The notes beneath the pieces are model-generated. The model searched no databases, was not told where the DNA came from, and worked only from the letters and a program-made list of their open reading frames with translations. Shown piece by piece: positions 12,031 to 26,649 of a stretch of DNA of 64,000 nucleotides. The stretch comes from Guillardia theta CCMP2712 (taxonomy: Eukaryota > Protista > Cryptophyta), in contig NW_005434653.1 of assembly GCF_000315625.1 (NCBI RefSeq), positions 105,615 through 169,614 on the forward strand, in the 5' to 3' direction. The first letter of the stretch is position 1; each line of letters opens with the position of its first letter. The position numbers and the translations under genes are program-made.

Positions 12031-12749
12031 CACATCGCTGCAGCAGTGCTCTGATAGCAGCAGCCCTCCATGCTTCTTTCCCCTACATTCTCATCCTCTA
12101 TCCTCACCTTCCTCCACTCTCCCTGCCCTTGTACTCACTCTCACTGTACTCCGAGACCATGAACGGTTGAACGTCTCTCAGCATCTTCAACACCTTCAAC
12201 CCCTACCCCCACCAGTCCCCCGTCCTCCACCACAGCACCTCCCTCCCCTCGCCACCTTGAAACATGCCCACCCCACCCTTCCTCCCTCTACCCTCTCAAT
12301 GCCTTACTACTTCCTCCCCGTCCCCGTCCCCCTCCCCCTCCCCTTCCGCTCCCCTTCTCCTTCCCGCTCTCCCTCTCCATTCTTCCCACCCAGCAACCCC
12401 CCGCATCCCCACATCTCTTTCTTCCTGCCTGTCTGGAACAGGTCTGGAACAGGTCTGGAACAGGAACTGGTCTGAAACCTGGGTTAGAACCTTTGCGTCC
12501 CTCCAGCCTCCTCTCCCCTCCCCTCCCCTCTTCCGGCTCTGGCCATAGGTAGTAAGTCAGGTCGAGTTAGGAACAGACGAAGGAGGGAGGAAGGTAGGAA
12601 GGGAGAAGGTAGGAAGGGAGAAGGTGCGGAGGACGGGCGGAGGAGAGAGAGAGGAAGTAAAAAGGTGGGAGGTATGCAAGTCGAGGACTTGGGGAGAGGA
12701 GGAATGGAAATCTAGGTGAAATTCTGACGATCTCATGCCTTGCACCCCA

Positions 12750-14367
12750 GCCTGACATCATCGTCATCATCACCTCCGTCGCTCCTGCCTCAACCACCAT
12801 GTCCGACCGCTGGGTATCGATGCAAGATCGCTGACATACCCAGCATGCATGGCGCCCGGAGCGACAGGACTGGATGACCATGGCCGTCATCCTCGGCTTG
12901 CACTTATCGACTGCAATGCTCTGCCTTTTGCGGATCTGCTCTTTGTTCCACGTGCTCTCCTCCGCTTCCATACTCACGTCCTCCAGCCCTCAAGTGCCAG
13001 CAAACTGGGGAGAGATGAGAGTTTCCAGGTGCGGGAGGGAGAGAGGAGTGCGAAGAGAAGGCTGCGGTCGCATGCCAGCGCCATGACCATATCCAAGGTA
13101 CTCCCGGCGGCCCGAAGACTCAGGCACCAGCGTTCCCCCCAAGAAGAAGAGGAGCAGCTGCAAGGAAGCAGGCAAGACTGACAGGACGTGCAACCCCTCG
13201 CCAACGGCTGCTCGCAGGGTGTAGCAGGCAGCCGTCCTTCGGCTCGAAGCAGGCGAGAGGGCCAGTGTTCTGCTCTGAACATCGCCGACCGGAAGACATT
13301 GACTTGCGGAACAGGAGGTGTATGTACGCGGAGGTAGGGGGGCAAGCAGATTCTTGTTTGATGGGTCATGCTGACTGCCAGGGCTGCTCACGTTGGCCGT
13401 TCTATGGCAACCAATACGACAGAGTGAGAGCACCGATGAGATAATGCGTGTGAACTTTGTTTGGATGGAGATGACAATCGGTGGTTTAGAGGATGATGGT
13501 GGTGATACAGATTCTGATGCTGCTGCTGCTGCTGCTGCTGCTCCTGATGATGACGATGACGATGATGACGACGACGACGACGACGATGACGATGTTGATG
13601 GCGATGATGATGATCGTGTTGATGACAATGTTGACAATGTTGTTGATGATGATGATGATGATGACGATGTTGATGATGATGAAGACGATGTCGATGATGA
13701 TGTTGATGATGATGATACCAGGTCAAGATGTTCTGCTGGGAGCACAAGAACGAGTTCGTGCCAGCTCTTGATCGCTTACATGCTAACGTACGAGGAACCA
13801 GAAGCCATGTGGACGTCGTGAGGAAGCGATGCGAGCATGAGGGATGCGAGAGGTGCCCTGTGCTACCCTCACCCAGAAGCGATGCTCCCCCAACATTTGA
13901 AACCAGGTGGCCCTCCTTTGCTGAAGTTGGACAATCTTCTCCCTCCTTCTGTAAGTCTCTGCCTGCTTTCCATTCTCAGGGCTGATCCGCCATTGAGGTC
14001 GGAAACATGCTCTGTCTTGCCATGTGGATGTGAAGCACAAGCGATGTGTTGTTCATGGGTGCTCAAGGCAGCCTATCTTCGGTACATCGCATCCCTTCCT
14101 TCTTTGTACCTGTATCAACATGCGGCTGCTACTTCGGTTTTCTCCTTTCTCCTCCAATTCATCCCTTCATTCAGACCTCTCCCTTCCCTTGCTCCCTCTC
14201 AAGACCTTTCAGAGCATCCCTTCTCACCACAACACTATTGCAATAGGAAGCCCGCAAGGAGGGAGGATGGTTCACTGTGCGCGACACAAGCAGGTCGGTG
14301 GGAGATGGGACTTTCAAGCTCGATGACGTTATGCGTTAGGAGGATGAAGTGGACCTCAAGCATCTAG
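12750..14367 (+). CDS. EsV-1-7-type Cys/His repeat protein, multi-exon
   Basis: Repeats of form C-x4-C-x3-P-x-F/YG...C-x2-H: GCSRQPSFGSKQARGPVFCSEHR; GCSRWPFYG..FCWEHK; KRCEHEGCERWPSFA; KRCVVHGCSRQPIFG..MVHCARHK. Boundaries approximate. Confidence 0.7.
13517..13716. repeat. (GCT)n/(GAT/GAC)n trinucleotide tract, probably intronic
   Basis: Seen directly. Confidence 0.85.
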
Positions 14368-14555
14368 TTCGAACGAGGAAGTCGAAAGGACAAGATCAGA
14401 CCAACAGTAGCAGCATAGCTGCCCATTTTAAGCCATGAATGAAGCTGTGTTCCAAACCAACATTTACAAGGATCGAGCGTGAGGAGAGGGACAAACAGGA
14501 TGCAGAGGAACTGATTTAAGACAAAACTCTTATACTGAGATCAACGGTGGATGAT

Positions 14556-16796
<2,241 letters not shown>

Positions 16797-16814
16797 GGTG
16801 TCGGCGCGTGCGAA

Positions 16815-17345
16815 GGTAGGGTAGAGGGTGCTAATATGGCAAGGTGGGGTTGATTTGGGTAGGGGTGTATTGAAAACCTGGGGTCCTAATTCTAAATTTG
16901 AGCTGCATGGGTACTATGAATAGATTAATTTCAACAACAAAGGGGGGTGGGGGTAGACGATTTTCATCTTGTAAACAGGGTAGTCAATCGGATCCCAGGG
17001 TAGGGTACCAGCGTGTCCAGTGATGCATTCGTGTGAAGAAACAGGGGGTATAGTCTCCATGGGTAGTGAAAATGGTAGGTGGGGTCACCTGATCCCATCA
17101 GGGTAGATCCCTGCGGGATTGAATACATACTCTTAGGAGTGGGTACTTGATGGATATTTCTAGGGTAGGGGTAAAGGGCAGGGATTGAGGTGCAAGAAGG
17201 GGTAGTGAGAGGTGTAGAAGTCTGTAGGTGGGGGTCATTGGGAGCAGAGCAGGGGTAGGCGTATGGGAGGCCGGACGCAAAGGGAATAGGTACCGGTTGT
17301 TTTTCAAGTAAAAAGAAGGGTCCATCTACAACTTGGGGTAGTGAA
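16815..17345. promoter_or_regulatory. GGGTA/TACCC-rich tract upstream of ilvC
   Basis: Many GGGTA(G) words directly 5' of the ilvC ATG; similar tracts precede several other genes. Function is inferred from position only. Confidence 0.4.
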
Positions 17346-17835
17346 CTGTCACGTGAGCCTTTGGTCCACAAGAACATCTTTTGGAATTATAGGAAATTAT
17401 AATGACTGATACTGAATATAAGTATAATTATAGAAAGTGGTAAAATCTGCATAAGACCCGGACAGTCCAGCCGGTCATGGACTCACAGATCCCGGCCCCG
17501 ATGTATATAACTTTTTTTTATTGGATCAAGATGGTACCAAAGAGGATATTAATTTTAAACATGTATATCAATCATTTGGAAATGAATAGCGACATGTATT
17601 GATAAAATTATTTTTGAAACCAAATCGTAATGATTAAAACTAGTTATAGAATATGCTATTTTTGGATCGTCCCGAAATAGAACGCGCGCAACAAAACCCA
17701 CCTGTCTTCCCCGCTCTTCTCAACCGGATCACAGGTAAGACCATGACACGCATGATTTGTTGGGATGTTGTGCGATATGTGTTGCTGTGAGATCTTTCTA
17801 TTTGTATTGAGCTATCGAGGATCTTCTTATTTCAG

Positions 17836-18031
17836 ATGTTGAATTCTTTGTTGCTCGGTCATGTATTAATACTGATTAGCTGCTTTTCTGAGACTCATTT
17901 CATTGTGACAAGAAACTGACGCTCTTGTAGCAATGTTCCAGACCGTTCAGCAGACCTCCCAGCTTTGGATGTGGAAGATGGAGTACCTCCACCACGAGCA
18001 GCGCCCTCTCTACTTCGGCGAGTGGTTCTAA
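17836..18031 (+). CDS. Spliced 40-aa micropeptide MLNSLLLAMFQTVQQTSQLWMWKMEYLHHEQRPLYFGEWF
   Basis: Putative 5'UTR intron GTAAGA..TTTCAG (17735-17835) ends immediately before the ATG. Coding intron 17858-17930 (GT..CTGAC..TTGTAG) keeps the frame. Exon 2 has C/G-ending codons within AT-rich flanks. TAA at 18029-18031, with AATAAA shortly after. Confidence 0.65.
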
Positions 18032-18211
18032 GCATGTAATCTAGAAACATTTCGTTGACCCGTATTAATAAAAATCAAAAAAAAGATTGAAACAGAACTT
18101 CTGCATTCTTTGTTAATTATCACAGAATTATTTTCAAGCAATGATAGTCGCCATGATCTGACATAAGTGTTTGGGAGACAGCGGAATTAAGTTTGGTCTG
18201 GGGTAGTTTAT

Positions 18212-20380
18212 TTACAATTTGCTCATGTCTTTCACAGCACCTTCAGTATGGCAGTTCTCCTTCCCGATGGCCCTCTCTCGTTTCTTTGCCACCCGCATTA
18301 AAAACGACTGCTTGTGTCTCTGTCGAGCAGAAAGTTGTGTAGCTGAATCATAATCCGAACCACTCCATGCATCTTCTCCTGCTGTAATGTAAGGTTGACT
18401 ACACACGAGAGAGTCGCAAACCCGGCAAGTTGATTCTTGGGAAGAGAATTTTCACAGCACTCTCGCACATCCTGATGGTTCATGTTTGTCAGCCTGCAAT
18501 TCAACCACAGTGCTTGCATCTCACTTCACTCCTTCGTGTGCCACGCCGGGGATTGTCTGCAGTTGCCATCCAAAACACACTCCATAGTGCTGCGAGGCAA
18601 TCAGAAATAGGCCGTACTCGCTTTACATTTACTTCCGCAGCCTGCAGTCCTGCTTCAAAGAAGGACTGTCCTCGCTCAAACCTTGAGAATCTGTCATCCA
18701 TCCCTCGCCAATCCTTCTCAGGATACCTGTGTTTGCCCTGCTTTGCTGCAAGCTTGCCGATGGGCAAGTGCTTGTGATTGGGATCTGTATCTTCCTCTCC
18801 CAGAAGCACCTAAAATAGAAATAGTCGGTCGATGACAGTCGAAGATTCAGAAGGGGGGGGGGGGGGGATGGGGAGGAAATGAGGAAAGGAACGCCCTGAC
18901 CACTAATGGCGCCTCCAAGAAAATTCTCAAGTCCTCCTCTACATCAATCACACATGTCAATCCAGATGAAATCAAGAAGCAGACACTCTGTACCAGTGAA
19001 CAGTTGCCCACAGCGACCGAGACCATAGGGAAATTTCATCTGAGCCAATCGGTTAGCAAAGCATGGCCATCAGCGGGCAGCTCACATCAAGAGACGGCAT
19101 TGAGTAAAAACCAGCATTTGCGGCTACCGCCTTGATGATATGAGACTTGTTGTTTTTCGAAGCCGAGAATGCGACAAGCCTTGAAGAGAAAAGAGGAGAA
19201 AATTAATTCTTTGATTCAAACGCATCGCGAAAAACCTGTGCACAAACTGGGCCCCAGCGGAGTGACCAAAAATGTGATAACCTGAATTCAAGTTTAGGAA
19301 AAACCTTGCAATTACTAACAGATCTTCCAAAACCTGGAGCGGCAAGCTTCAGCTCAACTTTGAGCGCAAGAAAAAAGTTTTCAATCGCAGTAAAACTCCA
19401 AAATTTGCGGTCCTGGTATCAATTTAAGAGAACGAATCCGTAAAGCGAAAGTGTACTCGCGGCTTGCTCAAATCCTCTTGCGCAAAAACTCCACCGCAGT
19501 TGTACTAGACGGCTTTCAGCAAACAAAAACCTACATAGAAGCAAATACCTCTGCCCTGGTAGGGAACTGCTCTTGGCTGAAGTATGGTACAAGGAGAATG
19601 AAATGATGCTTCTGAGGGAGGAGCCTCTTATCCACAAGCTTATGAAACATCTCTTTAGCATCTCGATTCACTCCGTGCATGACAAAGAGGACTGGTGTCT
19701 CCTCATTCCTGGTAGATCAGTAAATATCACGCGTCAAAGGATTCTCTATCGGCCTACCATCCCTCCGGAATGAACGCAAAGACTTTCAATGGTTCTACAA
19801 AAGGAAAAAAGAAAAAATAACCGTAAGAACAAGACCTGTGATGATAGGTCACAGTACAACCTTCTCGCTTAGAAGCTGGGTCGTAGAAATAGAACTCAGT
19901 CTCACTGCCCACATTGATTTGGCGCGCCTTCAGGAAGGGAGGATCTCCCTCGGAGAACACGGGCCTGCTGAAAGACGATCTTGCTTTTGGTGAACCTTCA
20001 TGACGGCTTTCTGTCAGGGCCATTGGAGCCTTGCTCTCTGGATGAGAGCCATCTGACATGTCAGAGCCTCTTTCAAGAGACTCTGAGTTTATCTCTCTCA
20101 GTCGGTTGACTCCGGATACAATATCTTGGCTCTTGATCACTTTTTCTCTGAGCGCCGTTGAAGCCAAGTTGGGGGCGATATTGCTAGCAAGTGATAAGAT
20201 GAAGAAGTAGAAAGCAATCAGGATGAATGTAACAGGAAATGTCTGTCGTGTCCACGTTAACTGCCGTCTGGGTTTCACGGAGAAAATTTCTCGATGGGGG
20301 CTGTGCTGCAGAGTCACAAAACTCTGCTGCAAGTTTATGTTGTTGTCAGAGCAAGCAGAATTGCGGTTTGGCAGTACCAA
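18212..20380 (-). CDS. Alpha/beta hydrolase (GHSAG esterase/depolymerase-like), N-terminal TM segment, multi-exon
   Basis: VLFVMHGVNRDA, VPYFSQEQFP, YHIFGHSAGAQFVHRF (G-x-S-x-G nucleophile elbow), AGFYSMP, PYGL, LLGEEDTDPNH. Start uncertain. Confidence 0.8.
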
Positions 20381-21094
20381 AGTTTAAGATTCTGAGGTGG
20401 GACGGAAATGATTTTCAAGTGAGCCAGGTAAGAGAGGCCAAACCAGTAACTGGGCTACGAACTGACGAAAGTCTTGTTGCTGACGATTATTTCTGAAGGG
20501 GCAGAAGCAGACTACCGAGCCTATGCGCAGTTCCTTCGGATTATGTTGTATGTGGCTCTAGAGGGTGCAGGGAAGCAGCAAAGGACGCGGACGCAATCAC
20601 ACAAAAGGCAGTGGGCGCTGTACGGGCGGAAGGGATGCAGGTGGGGTTGATTCACGTTGCTAGCATGGGGTGGGGTATAAATGGGCCTTGGAGGGTCCAA
20701 TTGAAGCTGCACGATGGGGGTGATCTGAACAAGGAACGTGGGGTAGGGGGGAGGGGGTGGTACAATGCGATATTTGCATGTCAGATGTACCGGTAGTCGG
20801 AGGGGTGTTGAAGGGGTAGTGTAGCCTGCCGAGAAGGCCATGGACTGGGTGGGGTCCACTTGAGGAGTAATGGATTACAAGTATTTATAGACTTACAACA
20901 TAATTGTGGTACAAATGACATTTAATAATATTTAAAAGAGGAATGTTCGAGACATGCACTACTAATTTCTTTACTCACTTGAGTATTTGTATGGTCTCTG
21001 GACTTGGCCCAGTACAGAAAAAGGGGAGCTATTGGTACATGTTGCTCTTCCAGCAAGTGTGAATGGTATAATTTTTAACTATTATTTTAACAGG

Positions 21095-23460
21095 CTAGAT
21101 TACGCTGCCCGGCCGCCCGGGAAATAAATGTGATTGCACCCTGTCATGTCCTGCCACATGCCGTCCTGCAGCGATCTGATTCCTAGGTTCCTGCTGTCTT
21201 CTTCATGGTCCTCCTACGTCGTCCCTATCACAGTTGTTGCTGTCCTCTCCATGAATATCTTTCAGCATCTGTGCCCTTAAGTTCGTTCGACAGGTGATAG
21301 TCATGATCGTGTACGAGTCGATCAGCTCTCACCATCCAGTTCTACGAACCCTCCAGCTGTGGCACAGCCCAACACGTGTGTTGTCGGTGCAGTTTGGTTG
21401 ATGCAAAAGGATGCAAACGCTATTCTGAAGGTATGCAGAATAGTGCGGGATATGCTTTCATCTTGTATGAGCATGGGAACTAGTTGGCTCGGATCGCAAT
21501 GAGAATGTGGAAGCATGCACCTTGTTCAGTAGAAAGAGGGTGAAGGGAAAGAGTGCGCTTCTGAGAATCTTTGACGACCCTGAGGCTTCTAGGATTTCGG
21601 CTTCAGATGATCCCAACACCCAAGCATTACTTGATCTGGAATCCAACAATGTAAGCCGACGCACTCGAGAGATGTATGCTTATCGAATTATGGGTATGAT
21701 CGAGTTCTTCCCGGAGATCGGCAGTAAGCGCAGACGGCGTAGAAGAAGAGAATGCAGATACCTCAGACGTGGCAGGTCACGAGCGTCAGCCAGAGGCAGT
21801 AGCCAACACTGTGATAGTATCAAGCAGAGTGTCCACAGTCCAGGGGTATAAAAGTGCGTTGAAATATCTTTACAGACGCAGGAATGTTAGGTTTGCGGCA
21901 ATCTTGTTGAAAATTTGATGACAAGGGGTCTGATTAGGGAACACATTACTATCAGATTTATTCCGGAAGTTCTACTGGAGGCCATGGGAGGAGAACACGG
22001 CCCGACAGCCTCGTTTTAGGAGAACCTTGACAGAGAGCGTTGGAAGGGAATGGAAGACCTTGTCATGCTAAGCCTATGACTGTATCTCAGGACACCATTC
22101 AAGCTGTGGGACTAGGAATTGGATCCGTGACCGGTCGAAGAATCCGAGAGGCAGATCAAGGAGAACGAAGTGAAGGGTTCTGGCGTGAGGTTCTGGGAGA
22201 CTTGATTGCTTGAAGTAAACGAGCTTGAACACCTGTACAAACCTATTTATCACCTCTGTGATGACATCAACGCGTTCTTGGAAGTAAACGAAGGAAGAGT
22301 ACTTTTCATTGATGCACCGGGTGGAACAGGGAAAACGTTTCTTCTAAATATGATCCTCACGAGAGCAAGGCTTAGTGGAAAGAATGCAGTAGCTGTAGCA
22401 TCTTACAGCATTGCAGCAACCCTTCTTCACGGCGGACGACCAGCGCTTTCCGCTTTTAAACTTCAACTGGACATTTATCGGACAGGCTGAGACCCGCCGT
22501 GTTGCAACATCTCAAAGGACTCTGCAATGAAAAGGTTCGTTGCTCAGTGTCCTATGATTGTATGGGACCAGGTCAGTATGGCAGAAAAGAAAGCCTTGGA
22601 AGCTGTATAAAACAGATGACAAGACACTAGAGATGCCACCTTGACATCTGTATGGGCGGAGTGTTTGCTGTTCTGGGAGGTGACTTTCGTCAAACCGGAG
22701 ATTGAGGCGTCCACCAAGGCTTCGTCCTTGTGGACCAGAGCTCAACCCCTCAGTCTCAGAACAGACAAGCGTGCTGCGTTGAGTGGGGAAGTATACGCGC
22801 AAGAGCTTGCGATCAGGTTACTGATGGTTGGTGAGGATCAACTCCCGACCCCGGGTTGACAGCATGATTCATCTTGCTCCAACTGTTTGCTCTTTGGTCG
22901 ACTCTCAACAGGAAACAGAACTGCTCGAAAACGTCCTCCCTGATCTCCTACACAATGTGCAGAGCTTGGCATCGTTGTCACGGCAAGGAATCCTTTCAGT
23001 GCCCGAGCAACAATGCCGCAGCTAAGGTGAACCTGGCAATCCTTCAACGACTTCCCACTCCGCCTAGAACGTATCATTCAATTGATACACGGACATAGAT
23101 CAGGAAGAAGTAGTCCAGTTCCCCAGTGTGGAATTTCTCCGACGCTCTCAGCCCGGGTGGGTTCCCTCCCCATGAGCTCTCGCTCAAGGTCGCTGCTCCC
23201 ATCATGCTAACCAACTCCCAAATTGTGTAATGGAACCCGACTTCAGCTATCGCAACATGGCGGAGGCAACTGTCATGACATGTTGCCACAGATGCAATTC
23301 AGTCCCCTTTCTTCTGTCCTTGGCGTTCACCATCAACAAGTCTCACGGGCAGTTCGATGGCTGACTGTCGCAGGCCTTCACCTGGGAACCCACACGGTGC
23401 TTCTCGCTCGGACATTTGTTTGTCGCCCTTTCCCGCGCACAGTAGCTAGGGATTACTCAA
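21095..23460 (+). mobile_element. Decayed Helitron-like RepHel remnant (PIF1 helicase pseudogene), unit 1
   Basis: PIF1 motifs in order but broken by stops and frameshifts: FIDAPGGTGKTFLLN, AVAVASYSIAATLLHGGR, IVWDQVSM, GDFRQ (GGTGACTTTCGTCAA), TYHSID, FPPHELSLKVAAPIML, CNGTRL, AFTINKSHGQ, VALSR. This is the Helitron-type PIF1 architecture. No intact HUH Rep motif was seen. Confidence 0.8.
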
Positions 23461-23831
23461 CTATTCAGCCTTCTGGAGCTTCGCAGGAGCTTCGGGGACT
23501 CGAGGGGGTGGTGGGGCTACCGAAACTACGGGGTACTAGGGGTACACAATCAGAGTTACTACAGTCCTCTTACCCAATCGCGCACCTCCCGCCATGGTAG
23601 GAACCGGCGGTCCCTCTCTGCCTCTCACCGCCCTTATGCTCCTTCCTGCCATCCATGCCTTCTGCCCCTGCGCACTCGATGTATGCATCCGGCCGAGGAG
23701 GACTGCTGTCTCGAGCTACATGCGCAAACTTGAAAGGCCATGAAGCCGGTACATGCATACGTCGCGCTTCTAGTCTCAACGCGCTGGAGTGTGCAGAGCG
23801 TAGGAGAAAGGGAGTGCCCGGGAGGACGAAG

Positions 23832-25757
23832 ATGTCCATGATGCAGCAAGAAGGAGACTATCGTGAGGAGATGATCTCTATAGGCGCGCAGATTGCTAGG
23901 GTGGAGGAGGAGATAGATCAGGTCAACCGACAGATCACAGAGGCAGAGAAACGTGCACTCGATCCAAACATTGACAAGGATGAGCGGCAATACTGGCGCA
24001 AGAAAGAGGATCGGCTTCGAAGGAAAGAGAAGCAGCTTCGAAAGAAAGAGGAGCAGCTCCGAAAGAAAGAGAAGCAGCTTCGCGATCTACTCCTGATCGA
24101 GAAGAAGAGGACTCAAGGTTCAAAGATGCTTGAAGACTTCCTGTCAAAACCTCAAGGTGATGCTAGCCGTGCACACGATTGACGACTGGAGGCACTGACG
24201 GGGCTGATAGGCGATCCGTTCCTGTCCTTCTTGAACGAGCTTTGCCAGGCTGCGAGGGCAGGCAGGACTTACTCTGCTCAAGAGATTGTGAGCTTCTCGA
24301 CCTTCTTGGGAGGGAAAGCGATTTTCGGAAATCAGCTGTTCCTTCGAGATTGCTACTTGGAGATGAAGCAGGTAATTGCAGAGTACTTCCGCTTGGACAC
24401 GGAGACGCCGGAGAATGGGCAGGTCGTCCTCACAGGGAGTCCAGGGATAGGGAAGTCATGCTTCGCCTACTTCTTTCTTCTTCAGCTTCTCGGCTCTGAT
24501 GAGGAAGTAGTCTATCAGGTAGGAAACGAGCACTGGTACTTTGATGGGGCAGAATGGAGTCAGTTTGGAGATGTGGCCGTCGCTGTAAACTTTCTCATGA
24601 AATTCCGGGGGTGGTACATCTGTGACCTGTACAAAGGCCTGGGGAGCTACGTGTTAGCACGTTTGGCGAAGACAATCATACTGTCTTCACCCAAGCTTGG
24701 AAGGTTCAAGGACATTCTGAACAATGGAGCGGGGCGATACTTTCTGCCAACATGGACTGATGAGGAGATGTCAATCTTCATCAAGATGCAAGGGGGTCGC
24801 GTGAACGAAGAAGAAGCAAAGAATATCGTCGAGGATTGGGGGAACGTACCGAGGAATGTCATAGTGAGGCCAATAGAGACACTTGAGCAGGAGATACAGA
24901 CGATAACCTCACTGTCGTCGCTACAGGAAAAGATGCAAGCAGCAGTGAACCAAGACCTGGGATCGCCATCGAGACTGATTCACCTGGTCCCAAGCTCAGA
25001 CTACAAGACTGTCAGCGCTCGAGCATGCTCGCAGAAGGCCGCGGAGAAGATCTTTGCGGGACTTGTCAAAACAGACTGGGATAGGCTTGTAGAGCTGGTC
25101 TTCTCAGGCTCTGATTCTGGGTTATATGGGGCGGCAGCTCTAGTTTTTGAATGCTTGGCACATGAGGTGCTGAAGAAAGGAGGGAGATACAGATTGCGCA
25201 GTCTAGGGTCGGGTGAGGATGATGAAGGGGCAAGGGAAGAGATAGATTTGCGTATGAAGAAGTCGCAGGCATACTTTGAGTTCTCAACAACAGGACTCAA
25301 CGAGTGGAAGATCATGGAGAACACATATTGCAAGCCCAAGGCATCGAACTTCCCTTGCGTGGCCGGCGTGGATGCGCTTTTATTGTCAGATCAGGAGGTC
25401 CTCTACATGTTCCAGATGACGATAGCAGGAAAACACCCGACCAAGCTTGGACCCCTGTGTAGGATGTTGACAGCTCTACGAGCCAAGAACAAGTTTGAGA
25501 GGGTGTGCCTTGTGTTTGTTCTACCCTCAGAGCTTGAGGGGAAGGCACGTTGGAGACGAGCTCAGGTTCTCACCCACGACAAGACAGCAAGTGAGATGGA
25601 GAAGCAGCAGATGGAAAACGTTACTCAGCACGCGATCTTCTTGTCCAAGGAAGACGTGGCATGGCTAAAGGGAGCGGAGATCAGCATCCAGCTCGTAGAC
25701 AAGGCACGGTCTGAGAGGGAAGAGCAACTGGAGGGAGGCGATGAGGCGACACCATAA
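23832..25757 (+). CDS. Crinkler/RHS (CR)-type effector: coiled coil + P-loop NTPase + REase-fold nuclease, copy 1 (presequence frameshifted)
   Basis: Exon 1 is coiled coil (KEEQLRK repeats); 54-nt intron 24157-24210. Walker A VLTGSPGIGKS, YICD, ILSSP, YFLPTWTDEEM, WGNVPR, FECLAH; REase-like KPKASNFPCVAGVDAL..FQMTIAGKHP. The upstream ATG (23594) is put out of frame by a 7-nt insertion at 23729-23735. Confidence 0.85.
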
Positions 25758-26129
25758 GGAACTGGAATCCGTGACGTTGCTGTGGGCTGAAAGAGTGGAA
25801 GGCTTGTAGTAGCTCTAGCGGCTACAGACGATTGACAGCTCATGAGGTCATGGGTGAGATCCATGGCGGCAGTCACGGTGACGAGCACTGTAGCTCGGGT
25901 AACCAATATATGTATCTGTATGAAGCTTCGTGTTGGGACAGAGATTGCATCGTTCGACGGACAACACAATGATCTAGATCACATTCGATACAACTCCTCG
26001 AGACTAACGCGGACCAAGGGAATGGATCATGCCCAGTACATGCACACTCTCACAAGACCGTCCATCCATATTGAACAGCGACGCAGAGCGAACTTGGCGC
26101 TCCGCCGCGAAAACACGACCAAGATACAT

Positions 26130-26355
26130 CAATCATCACTTGCATCGCCATCATCTCCATCTTCTTCTTCTTCTTCTTCGTGTTCTCCTTCATTACCTCG
26201 ATTACCTCCGTCATCATCATCATCATCATCATCATCGGGCTAATTACTACCAACATCGTCATTTCCATCTTCTTCTTCTTCCTCCTCCTCCTCCTCATCA
26301 TCATGATGATCATTATGATCATCATTATCATCTTCTTCAACAAGAACAACAACAA

Positions 26356-26422
<67 letters not shown>

Positions 26423-26470
26423 GTCATCATCATCGTCATCATCATCATCATCATCATCATCATTATCATG
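26130..26470. repeat. (CAT)n/(CTT)n trinucleotide tract
   Basis: Seen directly; the counterpart at ~30170-30450 has diverged differently. Confidence 0.9.
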
Positions 26471-26649
26471 TGAAATGTCCGAGGCTAGACTCTCGCTTCT
26501 GCATACCTGGTTCCACATGACAGAACAGCATGCCCAAGAGAAAATCAAAGGAGCTGCCGGACTCTCAACTTCCTCTGACAGGTCTCATCTCCTTCAAGAT
26601 GTTGAGGAGTGCTTTATACTCTGGCATGGATAGACTTGTCTTGCCCTCG

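Noticed and set aside
26029-26548. Poly-H, poly-I, poly-M and poly-D ORFs
   Set aside because: Artefacts of the (CAT)n tract; the paralogous tract at ~30170-30450 does not conserve any frame.
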